The notes below the pieces were generated by a model. That model made no database searches and had not been told where the DNA came from. It saw only the letters and a program-made list of their open reading frames with translations. 64,000 nt of DNA, from assembly GCA_938005475.1 (NCBI GenBank), contig CALLNY010000031.1, forward strand, positions 1 through 64,000. Direction: 5' to 3'. The stretch is from an uncultured Bacteroidia bacterium. Its GTDB lineage: Bacteria > Bacteroidota > Bacteroidia > J057 > CALLMJ01. Positions 29,739 to 38,619 of this stretch are shown here, one piece after another. Each line of letters starts with the position of its first letter. Position 1 is the first letter of the stretch. The position numbers and the translations under genes were made by a program.

Positions 29739-30860
29739 TTAAAATAATGTAAATTTAACAAAACCAAGTGGTGTTCCATCTGATAAGTATCTACGAGTTT
29801 TGGGATAAATATCTTTGTAATGGGCTCTTGGGTCAATTTTTTTTATTTTATCGGATTTATTTTCAATGAAAGAAAAATCTAACCAACCACCGGTCATACC
29901 GATATAGCCTAAACCAAAACCTACACGAATATAAAATTCATTGGGTTTCTTATTATTCATTTTATGAATTAAATCATTAAGTTTATCTAAATATTTTTCA
30001 ATGGTACTATCACGGTTTTTATCTAATTGTTCATAATCTTTTTTACATATTTTGATGGTTTGGTCGTGCATGATTTGTAAAAAGGTTTCAGTATTTTCTA
30101 TTTTGGAGAATACATTAACATTATCTGGATAATTTCCTTTTAATAATAATTCGTTATTTTTTAGATATTTATAGGCTGTTATTTCATTGGGAGTTTGTAA
30201 ATCTACTAAATAGGATTGTTTAGGCGTGATACATTCAATAGGTTGCATAACGTTAGGTCTTCCTTTGATTTGGTATTTCCATTCACTACCATGTTTATTT
30301 GCAATTTGGACGGAATAAATTTGGGTATTTTCAAAATGGGCGTCGTAAATTCTTAAAAACTTCATGAGATTGTTTTGAGTTTTATTAAAGAGATAATCTA
30401 AAAGCGGAGCATCCTTAGGTTTATCGGATTCAAAGCATTCATCAAGTTTTTTTAGAACATGGGTATCTTTTCCAGCGATAGATTTACGAACAATAAGCGT
30501 TCTTAAAGCGCCTTTCAAGCTAGAGCCAGGGATATAAGGTTTTCCCATACCGTTACGAATATTAGATTTAATTTCTTTTTGATAGAGTTTACCGACAACA
30601 GGAATTTCACGTGATGCTATCTCTTTAGGGGATATACTTCCTGAGATACCTTTGATAAGATTTACGATATTAGTGGAGTCTTCTATGGCGTCTACCCATC
30701 GGTCTATGTTATTTTCTCCAATGTAATGATATACTTTTTGGGGGTCTATGATATAAATTTTTTGGGCTTTCTCGTCATAGAGATAGTCTAGATTTTCATA
30801 TAATTTTTGCCCTGAACCGATATGGACGGGCGTAATGGTTTCAATTTGAATTTTCGTCAT
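29739..30860 (-). CDS. csm5: Csm5 (Cas7-family RAMP, type III-A)
   Basis: The RAMP N-terminus is TITPVHIGSG. The G-rich loop is GKPYIPGSSLKGALRT. Operon position supports the call. Confidence 0.75.
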   Translation of the reverse strand: MTKIQIETITPVHIGSGQKLYENLDYLYDEKAQKIYIIDPQKVYHYIGENNIDRWVDAIEDSTNIVNLIKGISGSISPKEIASREIPVVGKLYQKEIKSNIRNGMGKPYIPGSSLKGALRTLIVRKSIAGKDTHVLKKLDECFESDKPKDAPLLDYLFNKTQNNLMKFLRIYDAHFENTQIYSVQIANKHGSEWKYQIKGRPNVMQPIECITPKQSYLVDLQTPNEITAYKYLKNNELLLKGNYPDNVNVFSKIENTETFLQIMHDQTIKICKKDYEQLDKNRDSTIEKYLDKLNDLIHKMNNKKPNEFYIRVGFGLGYIGMTGGWLDFSFIENKSDKIKKIDPRAHYKDIYPKTRRYLSDGTPLGFVKFTLF

Positions 30861-31896
30861 AATTTTTTAAATAAATTTTAAGGAATAACGATTTACCACA
30901 ACGAGGAATAGGATGTCCTACATTTTCATCAGGTCTTAAATCTACAATTTTTCCTGATAGTTCATTTGGTGAAAAAAACAAAGAACCTTCTTTGAACATA
31001 TAAACGCTTTTTTTTCTTTTACCTGCCCAATATTTATGAGTAGTGCTACTAATATAACCGCCGCATTTGATAAAATCGTAATTAGCATTTTGCAAAATTC
31101 CTTGTTGTACTTCTTCTATGGTTGGGCAGTACAAAGATAAATTGATTGCAAAGTTTGTATTTTCGGGATACTCAAAAGATACAGCGGAAGGGATATATTC
31201 AAAATCAAAAGTTCCCCAGCCGTAAGTTCTATCTCCCCCAAGACCATTATCCCCAAGCAACCTAAAAACGGATTCTATCTCTTTGTTGTAAACATTCGGA
31301 TTTAACAAACAATATAAACCTGCTTCTGGCATAAATTGTAGAGATTGCGTGTAGTAAGGAACGGACATTTGAACCATTTCATGGTTAACTTCACTTACTG
31401 AAATGCTTGCTCTTTGGTATTCAGCAAATTTAAATAGGGGTTTTATAGGTTCTGAATTCTGAGACGAAAGAGTTAGGAATAATTCGTCTTTACTAAATGC
31501 GTTCAGGGGAATTTTTATAGAAGTTTGGGGATTTAAAAGAACGTATTGCATAGCGTATTGGTCCAAAAATTGGAGGTTTTTAAATTTTTTGTGATAGGAT
31601 ATATCAGGAGTACTTTCTGCAATCTCGAAAGGCAAGCGGATAAAAGGTTTAGGGAAAAAGAATTGGTCTTTATAGAAGGGGAAAGCACTACTGATTTGGG
31701 CGAGTTTATTTTGCCATTCGATATTTTGTTCGGCTTGCCAAGGACCGAATAGTTCTAACGCTAAATAATAAAGGGCGGCTTTCAAAGTATCAGAGTGAAC
31801 TACATGAAAAAGTTGGCTTTGGTCTCCTTTAGCTATACTTAATTGTAGAGGCTGCCGAAAATGTAGTTTTACTACATCAAACGTTTGCTTTTTCAT
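30841..31896 (-). CDS. csm4: Csm4 (Cas5-family RAMP, type III-A)
   Basis: The N-terminus VKLHFRQPLQLS...HSDTLKAAL follows the Csm4 pattern (L.F.sP.H.G...SDTLFSA). It overlaps csm5 by 20 nt. Confidence 0.7.
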   Translation of the reverse strand: MKKQTFDVVKLHFRQPLQLSIAKGDQSQLFHVVHSDTLKAALYYLALELFGPWQAEQNIEWQNKLAQISSAFPFYKDQFFFPKPFIRLPFEIAESTPDISYHKKFKNLQFLDQYAMQYVLLNPQTSIKIPLNAFSKDELFLTLSSQNSEPIKPLFKFAEYQRASISVSEVNHEMVQMSVPYYTQSLQFMPEAGLYCLLNPNVYNKEIESVFRLLGDNGLGGDRTYGWGTFDFEYIPSAVSFEYPENTNFAINLSLYCPTIEEVQQGILQNANYDFIKCGGYISSTTHKYWAGKRKKSVYMFKEGSLFFSPNELSGKIVDLRPDENVGHPIPRCGKSLFLKIYLKNYDENSN

Positions 31897-32614
31897 AGTT
31901 AGTAAATAAATTGCGTAAGGTTTCGTTTTGGGGTATGGGATAGTCTTTTTCTTGTTCTTGGAATTTATAGAAACCTGCTGTTCTTTCTTTTATTTCTTGA
32001 ATGAAAAACTTTACTTTTCCGTAACCTCTTGAACCACAGCCACCTAAATAGTCATTTTCGATTAACAATAGCCCCGCAAACGTATCATTTACTAATTGTT
32101 TTTCGTCATCAATATCAAAGATATTGAGCACCATATTCAAGCGGAAACGAGCTTCTGCTGGAACACGCTCAAATGTTCTCGGAGTTGCGGCAGAAGTAAT
32201 TCTATCTATTACTACTTCTGTTTTACTTTCCGTGTAGGGCAAATCCGTATTTACGAAATCTTTATCGTCATTTAACAAATCCGCATCATACACTATAATA
32301 CGTGAAGATCTTTGTTTTTCATCTCCTGACGAGCATCCAAATAATTTAGAAGAGTTCGTATTCGGATTTTCGGATGGTCCGTTATTTACTTTTCCCATAG
32401 ATTTATTACCAATTGTTCCGTCACGAATCTCAATTAGACTACGCATTTTTCCTTTAATGGAACTTCCAGGAATATAAGGCTTGTTTGTCAAGGGGTTACG
32501 AATCACAGGACTATCTACTCCCCCAATGGATAACACCGAGGAACTTCCCCCCACTCTTATGCCACTCAATGCTTTAATTTCACCTTTGATAATAATTTTT
32601 TTTACTAACTTCAT
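31877..32614 (-). CDS. csm3: Csm3 (Cas7 backbone subunit, target-RNA nuclease, type III-A)
   Basis: The N-terminus MKLVKKIIIKGEIKALSGIRVGG is classic Csm3. The catalytic Asp lies in GGVDSPV. The G-loop is KPYIPGSSIKGKMRSL. It overlaps csm4 by 20 nt. Confidence 0.85.
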   Translation of the reverse strand: MKLVKKIIIKGEIKALSGIRVGGSSSVLSIGGVDSPVIRNPLTNKPYIPGSSIKGKMRSLIEIRDGTIGNKSMGKVNNGPSENPNTNSSKLFGCSSGDEKQRSSRIIVYDADLLNDDKDFVNTDLPYTESKTEVVIDRITSAATPRTFERVPAEARFRLNMVLNIFDIDDEKQLVNDTFAGLLLIENDYLGGCGSRGYGKVKFFIQEIKERTAGFYKFQEQEKDYPIPQNETLRNLFTNYEKANV

Positions 32615-32629
32615 ATCTTATGCTATTTT

Positions 32630-33052
32630 TTAATTTCCACCATGTGCTTTGTGATACGCTAATATTGCTTCTAATAAGTCTACGTAATTCTTAAACTTTT
32701 TTTCTAAGTTTTCTTCATTCGAAATTACGGCTTGATGCGCTTTACTCATTAAATCTTTGAAAAGGTCTAGCCCTGGCTTATTTGCACGTTTAGCTGTGTA
32801 AGCTAATTTGGGCTTTAGCATGTAGAAGGCATTTTTTTCGCTTTGAATACCTTTCATTTGAATGCGCTTAACCTCACCAAAGAAATTTCGTATTTGCGAG
32901 GTAGTTAAATCTCCATTTTTGATTTCTTTTGCGAAATTTTCACAATACTCAATAGTTTGGGAATCAAACCCATCGGTTATCCAACTGGATTTAAAATCCT
33001 CCAATATTTTTCTATTGTTGGTTTCTTTGTTTTTTGTTGGTTTTGAGTTCAT
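32630..33052 (-). CDS. csm2: Csm2 (Cas11 small subunit, type III-A)
   Basis: The 140-aa alpha-helical protein carries LTTSQIRNFFGEV and KPKLAYTAKR blocks typical of Csm2. Confidence 0.7.
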   Translation of the reverse strand: MNSKPTKNKETNNRKILEDFKSSWITDGFDSQTIEYCENFAKEIKNGDLTTSQIRNFFGEVKRIQMKGIQSEKNAFYMLKPKLAYTAKRANKPGLDLFKDLMSKAHQAVISNEENLEKKFKNYVDLLEAILAYHKAHGGN

Positions 33053-33067
33053 ATTATTATTGAATTT

Positions 33068-35338
33068 TTAATTTTCGGAACGAATTTCTAATTCTGCCCA
33101 GCGAGCGGCTACGCCTACCAAATCTATGTAATCATAGTCGCTGTATGATTTACTACTATTTAATAAGCAATCTTTTTGTAATTGCTCTAAAAATAATTTT
33201 AGGTCTTGGTTATGACGGTTTGAGTCAATCATTCTTTTGATGTGATAGGCTAGCAACCATTTCCATTGTGGATTTTGTTTTTTTTCTGTGAGTTCTTTTT
33301 TTAGTTCGTAGAAATTCATTAGTTTGGTTATCAAGGATTTATTTATATTTTGTACGGTAATAAAATTAACGAACTTATTTTTTAATTCTTTGACTTTAGG
33401 GAATTCTTTTTCCCAGTTCATAGGGAAATCTAAGAAGGTGATAGCGTTTTTTTCTTGATCTTTACAGCGGTGTTTTTTAGATTTTTTTTCTGCTTCATGG
33501 GATAAATTGGCGGCTTGAAGGATGGGATATTTATTATTGACGAGTACTATGCCGCCTGATAAAGTAAAATAGGGATTATGGGCAACCCATTGCTTAAATT
33601 CTGTATAGATTTGTTCTGCGAACAGGACTACTTGTTTCCAATCGCCAATTACAAAAAGGTCATCTCCTCCTGCATACAGGATATTGATATGATTTTTATA
33701 TTCATTTTGTTCACGTAGGAGATAAAGGTAACCTCGGAAAAAGTAATCGAGGCTTCTACTGATATTGGATAAGCGTACGATAGTTTTTTGGGATCCACTT
33801 AAACCGTTCATAAAAATTTGCCCTAGGTTGTCCACGTCCATACGTAGTATTCCTAAACGTTTCAAACTTGTACTTGCAAGTAGGTTTTCAAAACTAGTTA
33901 CTTTTTGGCTTTTGCTGTAATTCCATTTTAATCTGGATTGGAAATTTGTGGGCACTTTTTCGTGAAAATGAATATAGCGTAACGTATCCATGGATAGGGG
34001 TTGTCGGGGTATATTATCATATACTTTACAGCCCCAACCAGAAAAGGGGCTTTTTATCGTGACGTCTCGGGGTAACGTTTTATGCATCAAATGAATTTCT
34101 TTCATGTCCACTAAACATTCCCCTAACTTAATTAAGCGTTTGGTTTGCTCCGATAATATTAAATTTTCACTTTCTCCGTATTCTTCTACTTCTTCGCCTG
34201 TGATGCGGTCTATTTCGCTTTCTATATTTCCCCAAGGCTCAAAAAAGCTAACATAATTTTTTTCTATGATGAGATGGTATTTTCTACGTTTTTTTGCATT
34301 TAAAATTTCTGATAAATTACGCCATTTTTCGTGGATTTTGTATTGTTTTATATCTAATGGTGATAATGTAGTATATCCTAACGAAAGATATAACTGCATT
34401 TTGTGGATACTTAATAGATCTTGTTGTATTTTTTTTTCTATTTCATGAAACTCTGAACGTATCTTTTCCGTATTCGGTGCTAATAAATAAAAGCCTCCTC
34501 CCGATACATAAACAATGTGGGATTGCGTTAAATCTAACGTACGGATGAGTTCTTGTACTGCCCATTCCGTGATTAACTGTAAATAATAGGAACGTCCTTT
34601 TAGATTTTTTCCTGCTGATTTATTGATTACATCATATATAAATGCTTGTATGCCCGATAAATCTCCTCCAATCAACAAAAATACGGGCAGGTCTTCTTTT
34701 AAATTTTCTATTAGGTCTATATTTCCTAACTCACTGACCACGTAATCATAAATACTCAAACTTATACCATTGAAGAATTGTAAGTAATCATAATAAGAAA
34801 TATCGGTAGGTGCAGTAGTGTAAGGTATAAAAGAAGTATATTTTTGTAGTAAACTTAGCAGATTATCATTAAAATATAGCAGGTTCGGGCTTGATACATT
34901 TTTACATTCTTCCCTAAATTCTGACCATATTATCTGATAATCGGTTTGTATGGTATCTATTTTTCTTTCTTTTAGTTTTTTGGGGAATATTCGTTGTTGA
35001 AAACTAAATATTTCTGATGGGTAATAGTATTTTTCGGTAGTTTTTTTATCCCATTCCTTTACACTTTGAGCGACTGGTATCAAATAATTATCTTTTGTTT
35101 GCTCTGATATAGTTTCTGTTACTACCAATCTTTTTGACCATTCTTGTAACGTTTTGTACCATTTAGAATTATAGATATTTGATACTTGATATTGTATTTC
35201 GTTCCACTTTGGTTCGAGGCAACTTTCCATTAATGTTTTTACCTCTTCTGTGTTCTGGTTTGCCCTTTTACACAAGCCTTCAATATGGCTAATTTGATTA
35301 CGTAAATATAAATAATTTTTTTCGTTTTCTGGTATCAT
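33068..35338 (-). CDS. cas10: Cas10/Csm1 large subunit with intact cyclase Palm domains but no recognisable HD nuclease domain
   Basis: The first palm carries LLIGGDLSGIQAFIYD. The second palm carries RMDVDNLGQ and the GGDD motif (ILYAGGDDLFVIG). The N-terminal ~210 aa contain a single His and no HD dyad. Confidence 0.8.
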   Translation of the reverse strand: MIPENEKNYLYLRNQISHIEGLCKRANQNTEEVKTLMESCLEPKWNEIQYQVSNIYNSKWYKTLQEWSKRLVVTETISEQTKDNYLIPVAQSVKEWDKKTTEKYYYPSEIFSFQQRIFPKKLKERKIDTIQTDYQIIWSEFREECKNVSSPNLLYFNDNLLSLLQKYTSFIPYTTAPTDISYYDYLQFFNGISLSIYDYVVSELGNIDLIENLKEDLPVFLLIGGDLSGIQAFIYDVINKSAGKNLKGRSYYLQLITEWAVQELIRTLDLTQSHIVYVSGGGFYLLAPNTEKIRSEFHEIEKKIQQDLLSIHKMQLYLSLGYTTLSPLDIKQYKIHEKWRNLSEILNAKKRRKYHLIIEKNYVSFFEPWGNIESEIDRITGEEVEEYGESENLILSEQTKRLIKLGECLVDMKEIHLMHKTLPRDVTIKSPFSGWGCKVYDNIPRQPLSMDTLRYIHFHEKVPTNFQSRLKWNYSKSQKVTSFENLLASTSLKRLGILRMDVDNLGQIFMNGLSGSQKTIVRLSNISRSLDYFFRGYLYLLREQNEYKNHINILYAGGDDLFVIGDWKQVVLFAEQIYTEFKQWVAHNPYFTLSGGIVLVNNKYPILQAANLSHEAEKKSKKHRCKDQEKNAITFLDFPMNWEKEFPKVKELKNKFVNFITVQNINKSLITKLMNFYELKKELTEKKQNPQWKWLLAYHIKRMIDSNRHNQDLKLFLEQLQKDCLLNSSKSYSDYDYIDLVGVAARWAELEIRSEN

Positions 35339-35339
35339 T

Positions 35340-36035
35340 TTAATGAACTTTTGTAATCGGCTCTTTTATTACTGCTTTCTGAACGGTCCCGTATCCTATA
35401 CTTGCTAATTTACCAATATTCACATCTATTGGTAAGGTCATATTCACTGAAAAGTCAATATCTAAATTATACAATTTGATACCTTTATAGTTTATCCATC
35501 GTTCTTTTCTTATATCTTCTATTACTGCTTTTATAGGGGATTCTAAGGTATATCGAATACCTTCCGCAAAATTGATGATATGGGCTACTAGGATTCTTTC
35601 TAACATTTCTACCCGAGCTTTTAACGAATAGGTCTTAAAATACATTTCATAATTTTTGGAGTTTAGGGGCAACCAATTCTTTAAACGATATCTTACTTGC
35701 TCGTCCCATACTTGGATAACTATGGGTTTTAAATACATATTTTCTATATTTAACTCTCTTCTTTTGCCATGGAAGTCTATGTATAAAGGGGGATTTCCTA
35801 TATGAGATAGTAAACAATCACTAGCTTCTTCTAAACATACTAAATGGGCTTTTTCGTCTTTTGTATTAAACTGTGCCAAAGGATAACGAAACCGTTTACT
35901 TCCGTCTTCTAAATGATGATGAAAATACTCTGCTCCTTCTTGTATCTCTTTTGAAAATGCATAACGGAATGCTCGTATTTCTTCGGAGTTAATCCCTAAA
36001 TCAAAAGTTAGACCTATATATTTCAACTTTTTCAT
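35340..36035 (-). CDS. cas6: Cas6 crRNA-processing endoribonuclease
   Basis: It is the first gene of the operon. A His lies in the N-terminal region and a C-terminal glycine-rich loop GKLASIGYGTV is present. Confidence 0.65.
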   Translation of the reverse strand: MKKLKYIGLTFDLGINSEEIRAFRYAFSKEIQEGAEYFHHHLEDGSKRFRYPLAQFNTKDEKAHLVCLEEASDCLLSHIGNPPLYIDFHGKRRELNIENMYLKPIVIQVWDEQVRYRLKNWLPLNSKNYEMYFKTYSLKARVEMLERILVAHIINFAEGIRYTLESPIKAVIEDIRKERWINYKGIKLYNLDIDFSVNMTLPIDVNIGKLASIGYGTVQKAVIKEPITKVH

Positions 36036-36085
36036 CTTTTGTTTTATTTTTACGTTTTTATCTGCAAAAATAAAATAAAGTTTTT

Positions 36086-36131
36086 TATACGAAAATTTTT
36101 TTTACTTAATTGTAAAAAAAATTTTCGTATA
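36086..36131. promoter_or_regulatory. Perfect 18-bp inverted repeat with 10-bp spacer, 51 bp upstream of the cas6 start: candidate operator
   Basis: TATACGAAAATTTTTTTT-acttaattgt-AAAAAAAATTTTCGTATA. The two arms are exact reverse complements. Confidence 0.4.
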
Positions 36132-36575
36132 AATTTGTAAGCAATTAAAGTTCTTTGAAATCAAGGGATATTATCTAAAAATATAGGTGCTGTGAAGCAC
36201 TAATCTTAAATTTTAAATTCTAATTACTATTAAGTGTATATACTATCTATTAAGCGGTGTTTTCTGCAACTTATTATCTGTTTCATGAAAAGTGTATACA
36301 CTATTGAAATTATAAACAAGAAATTGTTTATGACTTCGTTACCACAATAAGCGTAGCAACCCCAAACCTTTTAATAAGTTAAGTTGCTACGCTTTATTCT
36401 TTTATAGGAGATTATTTCCAATTTGTTCTTTGATAGTTAAACTAATTTTTATACTTTTGCTAAATATTAGAATTCAAAAATTGAGCTTTTACATAAAAAA
36501 ACAATGTAAAAAAGTGTTAAAAATAAAAAAAAAAGGAGAAATAACCATTTGATATTGAGATAGTTATGAATTATC

Positions 36576-36677
36576 GGTGTATATACCATCTAATTAATAG
36601 GAGTTCACAACTTAAAAATATGGCATACGATGAGATCATTGGGTGTATCCACCATCTGATCAGTAGGTGTCCACAAC
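36576..36677. CRISPR. Vestigial 2-repeat/1-spacer CRISPR-like remnant (36-nt degenerate repeats, 30-nt spacer)
   Basis: R1 is GGTGTATATACCATCTAATTAATAGGAGTTCACAAC at 36576-36611. R2 is GGTGTATCCACCATCTGATCAGTAGGTGTCCACAAC at 36642-36677, about 80% identical. The spacer is TTAAAAATATGGCATACGATGAGATCATTG. Related GTGTATA(T/C)AC(C/T)AT motifs also occur at ~36233 and ~36291. Confidence 0.35.
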
Positions 36678-36708
36678 TATCCACATATCGTTATGCTTGT
36701 CTTTTTGG

Positions 36709-37158
36709 TTAAATATCTAATATAGCCATTGTTAGGCGACTAATACAGGTAAGTTTGCCTTTTTCATTAGTGATTTGGATATCCCAGACGTGTGTAGTTT
36801 TTCCTAGATGGATAGGGGAGCATTTGCCAAATACATATCCATGAGTTTCAGAGCGAATATGATTGGCGTTGATTTCTAAACCTACGCATTTTTTGGTAAG
36901 TCCAAGATGAGTAATATAAAGTCCTGAGGCAGTTGAGCCAATAGATTCCGCTAAAACTACGGATGCTCCCCCATGTAGTAAACCGAATGGTTGTTTCGTT
37001 TTAGCGGTCACAGGCATTCTTGCCACTAAATAGTTAGGTCCAATTTCTATAAATTCAATCTCTAAAAATTCTATCATGCAACCTTTTGAAAAATCGTTTA
37101 ATTGTTTCGGAGTAACTTCTGGAAAAATTTTTTCTGTCATATTTTTTGATTTAAACAA
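36709..37158 (-). CDS. PaaI-family hotdog thioesterase
   Basis: LHGGASVVLAESIGS plus a conserved hotdog core. Confidence 0.65.
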   Translation of the reverse strand: MFKSKNMTEKIFPEVTPKQLNDFSKGCMIEFLEIEFIEIGPNYLVARMPVTAKTKQPFGLLHGGASVVLAESIGSTASGLYITHLGLTKKCVGLEINANHIRSETHGYVFGKCSPIHLGKTTHVWDIQITNEKGKLTCISRLTMAILDI

Positions 37159-37219
37159 TAAAACTAGATGTAAAGTTTAAGATTCTTCGTAATTTATATA
37201 AAAAAAGTAATTTTGTGTA

Positions 37220-38614
37220 ATGTTTTCATTTTTTAATAAGATTGAATTTTGGATTGGTTTATTCTTTGTAATAAGGCTTTGGGGGATTACTGATCCACCG
37301 CTCGAGATGGGACATCACTGGCGCCAAGTTACAGGATTAATGGTAGCAAGAAATTTTCTTGAAGTAGATGCTAATATTTTTTTTCCCCGTGTAGATGAAA
37401 GTAATGGTGGTACTGGTATTATCGGCATGGAATTTCCACTTTTAAATTATCTTCATTTTTTAATAAGTTTACTTTTCGGTTATCAACATTGGTATGGTAG
37501 AGCTATTAACTTGATAATCAGCTCAATAGGTATTCTCTATTTTTATAAAATTATTAAGAAGGTTCTTGAAGAAGAAATAGCTTTTTATGCTACTTTGGCA
37601 CTTTTAGGTTCTACATGGTTTGTTTTTTCAAGGAAAATGATGCCTGATACGTTTTGTATGGCATTGATGTTTGTGGGCTTATACTTTGGTTGTCAATATA
37701 TTATTTATCCAAAAACAAAAGACTTACTTTTATTTTTTAGTTTTACGACTCTCGGTGCCCTGTCTAAAATTCCTGCTTTGATGGGATTTACTTTTATTAT
37801 ATGGTTTTGGTGGAAGTATAAACCAAGCAAAAAAATCATGCTTTTGCAAGCCGTTTTTATTTTTTTTTCGATTTTGATGGTATATTATTGGTATTTTGTA
37901 TGGAATCTTTATTTATCTGAAATATATGGAAATTGGTATAATATTGGTAAAAGTTTTGCAAAAGGATCTGAAGAATTATCTGAAAATTTACTTAAAATTG
38001 CTGAAAATTTTTATTTTCATTCCTTCAATAGTTTCATTCTTTTGGGTATAAGTATAGGGGGAATACTACATGCATTATATCGTAAAGAGAAATCTATTAT
38101 TATTATAACAGCTTTATTTTTAAGTATTTTTATAATTTACGCAATCAAGTCAGGATATTTCTTTTACCATCATAATTATTACATGATACCGTTTATTCCA
38201 ATAATGGCAATATGGGTGGGGTATGGTTTAAATTCAATAAGTTCTTCTTACCTCAAAACGCTTATATTATTTGCAGGTATAATAGAAAGTATTGCTAATC
38301 AACAACATGATTTTATTATTAAACCGCAAGAATATCAAAAAATGGAATTGGAGGCGATTCTGGATAGTTTTATGAGCAGAAACGATTTGATTGCAGTAAA
38401 TGGAAATGGGAATCCTCAACTGATTTATTTAAGCCACCGTAAAGGATGGATCGCTAATGATGAGGATTTTAAAGACCCTAATTTTATAAACTCTATAAAG
38501 AATAAAGGATGCAAGTGGATATTGATTGAGAAGAATGATAAAATACAAAATGTCAAAAATTTAGAAAAAAAATTTGAAAATCAACGGTTTATAATTTACA
38601 AAATAATAAAATAG
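37220..38614 (+). CDS. Polytopic membrane protein, probable ArnT/PMT-like (GT-C fold) glycosyltransferase
   Basis: There are about 11 TM segments. The N-terminal loop carries D/E residues (ITDPPLEMGHHWRQ), as in GT39/GT83 enzymes. Confidence 0.4.
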   Translation: MFSFFNKIEFWIGLFFVIRLWGITDPPLEMGHHWRQVTGLMVARNFLEVDANIFFPRVDESNGGTGIIGMEFPLLNYLHFLISLLFGYQHWYGRAINLIISSIGILYFYKIIKKVLEEEIAFYATLALLGSTWFVFSRKMMPDTFCMALMFVGLYFGCQYIIYPKTKDLLLFFSFTTLGALSKIPALMGFTFIIWFWWKYKPSKKIMLLQAVFIFFSILMVYYWYFVWNLYLSEIYGNWYNIGKSFAKGSEELSENLLKIAENFYFHSFNSFILLGISIGGILHALYRKEKSIIIITALFLSIFIIYAIKSGYFFYHHNYYMIPFIPIMAIWVGYGLNSISSSYLKTLILFAGIIESIANQQHDFIIKPQEYQKMELEAILDSFMSRNDLIAVNGNGNPQLIYLSHRKGWIANDEDFKDPNFINSIKNKGCKWILIEKNDKIQNVKNLEKKFENQRFIIYKIIK

Positions 38615-38619
38615 ATATT

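Noticed and set aside
26261-37158. Two hotdog thioesterase genes flanking the hpf-xerC-cas interval, considered as a direct-repeat duplication marking an island
   Set aside because: The two proteins share only the fold-level LHGG motif and are not recognisably similar otherwise, so they are not duplicated flanks.
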